A DNA stretch of 64,000 bases from Ramazzottius varieornatus (Eukaryota; Animalia; Tardigrada), in contig BDGG01000008.1 of assembly GCA_001949185.1 (NCBI GenBank), forward strand, positions 868,001 through 932,000, written 5' to 3'. The notes beneath the pieces are model-generated. The model searched no databases and was not told the DNA's origin. It worked only from the letters and a program-made list of their open reading frames with translations. Below are positions 57,016-64,000 of this stretch, piece by piece; positions within the stretch are counted from its first letter, which is position 1, and each line of letters opens with the position of its first letter. The translations under genes and the position numbers were made by a program.

Positions 57016-60000
57016 ATGGTGAAGAAGCACCGGAATCGTCCCCTCAGTGACGCTAAGTTGAATCCTAACGTGGCTGCCTTCATTCCCGTCGCACGCAGGG
57101 AGTCTAACACCAACCTGAACCCTGCTGCCAAACCGTTTGTACCCACAACGTCAGCGCCAAGCTCAGACACCGTTCAGGATCCTTCAGTCAGCTCTAACGG
57201 AACCAAGCCGACAATCAACAAAGACTCGCTCAGAAAGAACAAAGAATCGGACACGAATAGCTCATCCTCCACATCTGCGGTCACTCCAGTCAAGACGGCC
57301 GATGAAGTCAAAGTAAAGTCGGAAATCGTTGCAGTTCTCAAAGAAGAAGAGGAGGATCTCTCTCGAGCCGACACTCCAACGTCAGTAACCTCGCCTGCTC
57401 CAGACAATGATCCGACTAAGTCTTCTTCGGTAAGTACTCTGTCTGCTCAGTAAAAAAGCTGGGGTTAGTCCTGGATAAACAGGTTGCTGTTTCTTGAGTG
57501 CAGAAAAGAGCAGGGTTGACAAAGAATCAGCAGAGAAAGCTGAATCGTAGTGGCAAGAGCAAGTCATTCGACACAATCGATCTGACTAGAAGTCCGACTA
57601 GTCCAGGAAGTGAACCACAAAGTTCGGGATCTTCCTCTGGCTGCAGCGACAAGAAGACGGGAAAGAAGCCGAAAGCACCAGCTGTCTCTCCATCGATGGA
57701 AAGCAAACCGCCCTTGACAATCAAGAAGTCATCAGGTGAATTAACAATGTAAGTTTCAAATGAAATCTCTTTCAACGCCATTTAATCTTTGCAGAATCGG
57801 AACAGCACGTTTCCATTGTGATGCCACTTCCCACTCTGAAGCGGAAGATTCCTGATGCTCATATCGGTGAAGGTGATCAACCGATGGCGGTCGAGGGTAC
57901 AGAGCAAGCCAAAGACAAGACGGAAGCAAAGAAGTACGACAACCTCGTTACCGAGAATGCACAGCTCAAGTCCCAAATGGCGGACTTCGAGACCAAGTGG
58001 AAGATTCACGCAGCCACGCTGGAAGACCTGAAGCAAGCCCAGAAAAAGTACGACCTGATCAAGAACCAAGTGCAGACGTTGGAAGGGCAGCTGGAAAAGA
58101 AAAACAAAGCGGTCAGTCAATCAATCAAAACCCATTGAAAACCATTAGAATAATTATATTTTGAAATAATGGATTTTCTCATTCAGGAGGCTGAGTTTAA
58201 AAAAGAGAAACTGGATTTGAAGCGATTATTGAAGGAGAAAGAGACTCAATTGGAAGATCAGGTGAAACTAAGTGGAAGTCTGACTACTCGGAGTAAGGAG
58301 CTTGAAGGGAAGATGCAGTTAGCTGAGAAAGAGAAGAAGGATCTTCAGGCGAAGGTAGCGAAGACTCAGGCTGAGCTGGACAACAACTTGTCAGCCATGT
58401 ACGAGCTGCAAGCACTTCGTTCTCAGCTGGCTGAGGGTGACGTCAAGTCCAAAGACCAGCAGCCGTTGATGCAGGAAGTGGAGGCTCTGAAAGAAGAACT
58501 GAAAAAGAAAGAGAAGCAAGGGCAGTTGGCGGTGGAGCAGCTGGAGAACCTGCGGGGAAAGTATCAGAAGCTGGAAGAAGAGTTGGATGGAGCGAACGTC
58601 GTGGTGCGTCGAGTGGAGGCTTTGGAGCGTTACAACCAAGACATGGAAGAACAACTGAAAGTGGCGGCGAATAGCTTGAGCGAAGCTCAAAGTCTGGTGG
58701 CTGATTACAAGGCTAAGATTGAGGTACGTGGAAGAAATCGATAAACGGTTGAACGCAACAGTAAGCGCACTGAAGTTAATTTGGCTGATACGTTGGTCTC
58801 TTACAGTCTTCCACGCAAGAGTATCTGGATCTTCTGACTTCCAACCGAGAACAAGAGAACAATATCCAACAGCAGCTTCAAAAGAACCGCGAGCTTACGG
58901 ACCGACTGGATGAGCTGAACAAGGCTTTGCATGAGGAAAGACAGAAACAGGCTCAGCGGACGAATCTTCGCAGTCATACCGAGACGGTACATAAATGACG
59001 GTTCTGCCAATTCTTGAGTGACAATATCCACGAGGTTCTGTTTTAGGAGTTGCTACTTGACGCTGGCGGTCTGAAGGAAAGCTCGGTCGACCCATTTCCG
59101 GATCAATCTTCCAAGACAGTTCAGTCCGATAATCATCTAGCTCTGCCCATGCAGGAAAACGGTCAGCATGAGGTAAGCTCAAACTAATGAAGTCTCTATA
59201 GCTTTCCGCGGTTGGGTGAAATGGTGCGTAACCGGAGCGTTTGTTTGTGGCACAGAAAGGGGTAAGCAAGGAGGAGAAACGTTACGTTTCGGTGGCGCAT
59301 CACATTGTCACGGTGGAGCCTTCCCTCTCGGAACAGATCATCGAGAAAAACCTTTGCTCTGCTGACGAAGAACTCCAGAATGGTCCTCGAAGCCCGAAAG
59401 ATTCTTTTGGCATGTCCAACTTCGAACCACGTTTAGTGGTGAACGAGAAGCCGACTGTGGAAGACTTTATCGAAAACGGCGAAGTGGCAAGTCGGGAAAT
59501 TTTTCGAATAGTCTGTTTTAAAAGATATTTGAACGTTATCGAGAAATATTCTATTCGTTTGATAGAGTCGCGAGAATCTTCCGGTGGTGGATGCTAATGC
59601 AAGCTTCGCTGAGCCATCGGCCGACTCGCCTTTGCTGGAATCCAAACCTGAAGTGGCGCCTACTTTGAACGGGACGAAGAACGGTACCGCCGGTGGTGCT
59701 CTCACCGCTGTGGCTAATGGAACGGTCAGTCCGCCGGTTCGCCGGAAGGTAAGAAAGAGTGCTTGTTTCTGCTTGGTCACGAGAGTTAGCATGACCGCTT
59801 GTGACCAGGCACATTCTTTTCGTGTGTTGTTACAGTCTGAACGCAACACAAGTTTGTCATGTAGCGTCGTGGATGTTGCCACATTCAGTGAAGGAGAAGG
59901 CAAGGTGGACCAAGCCAGGCCAGTATCTCATGATAATAGCAAGAAGCAAAACTTTCCCCCAAAGATGATGAAAAAGTGTGTACAAACTGTGACGAAAGAT

Positions 60001-60099
60001 AGTAAGAGTTTAGATTTGACAATGTGTTCTCTGTGTGCGGTGTCCTTTGGTATGGGTGCTGCCACCTTGGCTGTCTTCAAGTACCTGTCTTCTCGGTAG
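57016..60099 (+). CDS. Uncharacterised protein of about 827 aa with two N-terminal PAM2 motifs, a long coiled coil and a C-terminal hydrophobic tail; exons 57016-57429, 57504-57735, 57795-58111, 58187-58723, 58807-58986, 59047-59172, 59256-59486, 59566-59748, 59836-60099
   Basis: Phase-consistent splicing (2484 nt). Motifs KLNPNVAAFIP and NLNPAAKPFVP; E/K/Q/L heptad region; terminal LTMCSLCAVSFGMGAATLAVFKYLSSR. Confidence 0.8.
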
Positions 60100-60517
60100 T
60101 AGTTCCTCTTAGTTCTAATTTCTCTCCTTCTCTAAAGTTTTCTCTCTCGGAGCTTTTTCGTTTTTGAATTTTATCTCTACCCTGTATTAGCTTAGATGAA
60201 ACCTGGAGTTAGAACAAAATTCCGTTTTGAAAATGAAGGGTCGTTTCTTGTAAAAGTAGCGGGTAAGCACGCAGGCCGAAGTTGAGAAGGGACCAGAAAG
60301 CGAGAACAAGTGGCGCCTCATTCTTTCTTCGAGTAGCCAATCCGGTTTCTCAGCAACTTTATGGCTGAGTGCTCAAACATCATTGTGGTTGATTCAAATG
60401 ACGGCAGCTTTCGTATTTCCGTAAGGCTAGATCGACGACTGGATGGAGTTTTGGGTGAGGATTTATTGAGGTTCTCATTTGGGGGAGTTTGAACGCCGAA
60501 GCTGCGGAAGTGGCAAC

Positions 60518-63500
60518 ATGTGGTATCTACCGAGTGATGAGTATGAAGGAACCGAAGCGAACCGCGACTCCCCTGTAAGAATCACTGTCTTTTCCGTTGT
60601 TTGAGCAGTTATCTGGTGTGACTCGTTGGTGGATGATCGTTCGGTTTCCGTTGCAGCATAACAAGACACCATTGACAGTGGTTCAAAGCGAAGATGAATT
60701 GGAGTTGCGTCGGTCCAAAATGCCAAAGTTCGACCAGGAATACAACAAGGAAGCCACGTTGAATAGTCCGAAACATGACGAAGAATGGCCTATGAAGTCA
60801 CCTATACTTAGTCTCGAGTAAGTCGCATATGCAAATTAAAAATCGTTTTCTAGCATACAATCGATTTTTGTACAGACATTCATATGGATGCGATCCGAAA
60901 CGGAAAGACAACCTCGTCGTCCTGGCCGATGGTTGCGTTGCTTACATAGCCGGAGAATTCGTTGTTATTCATAATGTCTTCACGAAGCATCAAGACACCG
61001 TTGCTGCAAGTTACGGATGCGTACCGGAACAGATCACGGTACGATGGAGCACTTTGATTCATGTTTTTTTAAAGTTGGACGGGAATAACACTGTTGTAGG
61101 TTCATCCGGCGAAAGCCTTCTTTGCCGTATCCGAGCGTGGAGCTATCGCTGGTGTGAATATTTTCGAGTATCCATCCCTTCGCCTGGTTTCTCGGTTTCA
61201 TTGTGAAGGCGACACCGATATCGCCTTCGTCCATTTCAAGTATGGCCTTTCGTTTCTTTCGACATCTACGTTAGCTGTTGAGCTTCACCTTTATGGCTGT
61301 TAATTTGTAGCCGCGAAGGTAGCCATCTTCTGACCGTTACTCCTGCTCCACATTATGTGTTATGCGTTTGGGACTGGGAGAACCAAGTGGCATTGTGTCG
61401 TGGAAAGGCGTCGACCAACTATCCAATTTATCGAGCCATGTAAGTCTACTTCCTTGTTGGTTTGTGTGTCTCTGTATTGATACTTCTCTCTTGACATGTC
61501 TTGTCAACTTCTTCTTTTTCAGGTTTGCTTATTCTCATCCTGGACAGATCACCACATCGGGAATTGATCATATCAAGCAAGTCAACCTTCCTGTCTGAAA
61601 ACGAACATGACACGGGTGATCAACTAATGGTTTCGTGTCCTTCAGTTTAGGTTCTGGACTTACCTGAGTACCGAGGCGGGATGGGAACTCCAGTGTACAA
61701 CCGGGAAGTTTGGTAGTCGGGCGACTGCGACTATCGACTGTTTTGTCGTGCTGGCTCTGGGCAGTGTCATCTCTGCAGCGGCAGACGGAACAGTGCACAA
61801 GTGGGTTGGTGCTGAAATCGAGTCGGAGGTCCTGCGCAAGTCAGACGAGGAGCATCTTCATGATGGGACCATTACCAACATGGCCCTTCACGGGCGAAAC
61901 CTTATCACAATGGGCACCGATGGCTTCATCAGGTAAGACGATGGGCTTTATGTAAGGCTTTATGTAAGGCATATCGGGCAATACTATATTTCATCTTCGC
62001 CGTGTCAGAGTAAATAGTGCCATCATATTACGATCTTCTATTCCTGAAAACTATTTAAGGTTCATTGAAGTTTTCTAGTCGGAATGTATTTCCTTCGTTA
62101 CAGGTTGTGGAGCTGGGATCAACTGGAAGGTCCTAGTGAGACCAGCGAAGGCATCTTCGTTGACGTTATGTTCGAGTTGAACCTGGGCGTGGATCACGTC
62201 CCAGTCCATATGGTAACGATGGACACCCATCCCGGAACGGAACCAATTTGGTAAGTTCCATCTCTCCGTCTCCACCACTTACTGCGATCCCATAATAAAT
62301 GTGTACAGGTTGATTTTAGATGAACGTGGGATTGTATGGACCACCACCTTCCCAAACACAACCCAAGAACCTCCGACGGAACTCTTCTTCATGCACAACG
62401 GCGCAGTGAACGCCATCGCTACTTCCCTCGACCATCCACTCATGGCGACCAGTGGCCATGATGGTAACATCCGGGTCTACGACCACCACGAGAAGCACTG
62501 TGTGGCTGTATGGAGAGCAGCTTCGATGGATGACAGTCTACCCATCTCGGCCCTTACCTGGCTCCCCCAGCACCTGACCAACCATTCTCCGTGCTTGGTG
62601 GTGGGGCACAACCAAGGTACACTTCGCTTGCTTGAGTTTCCTGCTGCTCCACCAACCCAATTTAAAGAAGAAGAAGACACGGTCGTACGAGCAATTAAAG
62701 TACCTAAGTTAATTGATGCCACGTCAGTCCGAATGCAAACCGGGGAAATCGTGCAGATAGCTGTCAACTCGAAAACCGGTTTCATGGTCAGTCTTTCCGA
62801 CCTGATGATCCTCATATCGGCAGTCCAGATGCCGGATATAGTGCCCTCGGCTTTATATGGAATGAAAGCGCCGTTACACTTGTCGTGGAAAAACGATAGC
62901 ATGACCGCACTGATCACTTCCGGGTTGGCTTCCGTCTACGAGGTCACTTTACCGACTGAGAAAGACGAAGGTTCTCTGGTGGACCAAACAAAGATTGATG
63001 AGCCGGAAGAACAGAAGAAAATGGTACCGTTAGATGGTCTGGATTCTTGTCGGGTGTATGAGCTGAAGAGCATCAAAGCAAAGCTTCAAGGGATGCCTGG
63101 TCCGGACATACCGACTTACGTTATGAGCAGGGTGGTATGGGCTATGTACGAACCGGGTAGTTCGGATACTTTCTGGATGAACACACTGGATGCAGATGCA
63201 GGGTACCTGTATTTATGTGCATTTGCGAAGGGAGAGGAGAAGGAAGAGGACGAGGAGGAAGAGGATGATGATGACGGACGAACCGAGCCGTTGAAAGGGG
63301 CTAGACTGGACCCGCTGCTTGACTTGACGGTGAAGTACCTCGAGTTCTTGGATAATGGACACTTGGCGGTTGTCGGTACAGCTGACGGACACTTGGTCGT
63401 CCTTCTGCTGAAAGAACACTACAAGTATGTTTCTCCTAACATACTTAACTTTGAAGAGACCTCTAACTGTGCTACGTATGTGGAAACTCGGCAAACAAAC

Positions 63501-64000
63501 TCGACAAAATTGTTTTGACAAGTGACGTATTGTTTCGCTGTTATTGGCTAAACGCGTGCGCCATTTGGAAAAACGATCTTGTTGAGTTTGTTCGCTTACA
63601 CTACCATATGTTACTTTACGGAGTTATCAGTATCTTGTGCGGCGGTTGTTTTGATGAACTACAGTAGCATTTTGGATATTACTCAGGTTGGACACGATTG
63701 TGTCGGAATGGAAGTTTAAAGTGCACGATGGTTCCATGACCGGGATGAGCATTGCGCCCGATTACTCGCACATCACGACAGTCGGAACGGACGGTAACAT
63801 CCTGGTCTTCCAGCTCAAGGTCCCCAACACGGAAGAAGCCATCAGTGAGCGGCGTTACTACAAGAGCATTCTTCATACACTCCAAACTACTCAGCTGACT
63901 GTAGAAGAAGACAAAGCATTTTCACTGTTCGTCCGAGAGGATCGTCTGATGAGGGACCAAGCGGAGCAGGCCCAGGAGAACATGAAAGAACACGTCAGAA
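60518..64000 (+). CDS. CFAP44: Cilia- and flagella-associated protein 44 (CFAP44/WDR52), 5' part; runs off the window
   Basis: HSYGCDPKRKDNL...YIAG, VHPAKAFFAVSERG...IFEYPSLR, YVLCVWDWE, ITTSGIDHIKFW...GKFG and ITMGTDGFIR parallel CFAP44 (HSFGYDCRKRANL, VHPHKTYFTVAEKG, TTSGSGHIKFW). Confidence 0.85.
63480..63600. repeat. Palindromic MITE-like repeat, copy 7 (CFAP44 intron)
   Basis: CTCGGCAAACAAACTCGACAAAATTGTTTTGACAAGTGACG...CGTGCGCCATTTGGAAAAACGATCTTGTTGAGTTTGTTCGC. Confidence 0.7.

Overview
Gene-dense eukaryotic (metazoan) DNA with short GT-AG introns. It is almost certainly from a eutardigrade, because it carries a CAHS gene; the compact layout suggests Ramazzottius, which is an inference. 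Hand-splicing gives about 17 protein-coding genes, in order: HSC70 (+), a miniature cadherin-like membrane protein (-), EMRE/SMDT1 (-), WDR60/DYNC2I1 (-), MED6 (-), RPUSD4 (+), an SLC5 sodium/sugar cotransporter (-), POMGNT2 (-), NSE4 (+), a basic orphan ORF (-), an egghead/BRE-3-like GT2 (+), a 9-exon CAHS gene (-), pecanex (+), a DDAH-like gene (+), GRAMD1/Aster (-), a PAM2/coiled-coil/tail-anchored protein (+), and the 5' part of CFAP44 (+). The window also holds tRNA-Gly(TCC) beside an assembly gap, several MITE and transposon relics, and a dispersed palindromic repeat family. The headline is the CAHS gene (35745-37377, 297 aa), a tardigrade-specific disordered desiccation-protection protein. 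It is nearly invisible in the ORF track because it is split into small exons. Secondary highlights are a putative membrane-tethered PABP adaptor, a one-repeat cadherin, and two apparent pseudo-enzymes (DDAH-like and egghead-like). Family assignments come from recalled motifs, not database searches. Exon boundaries were read by eye.
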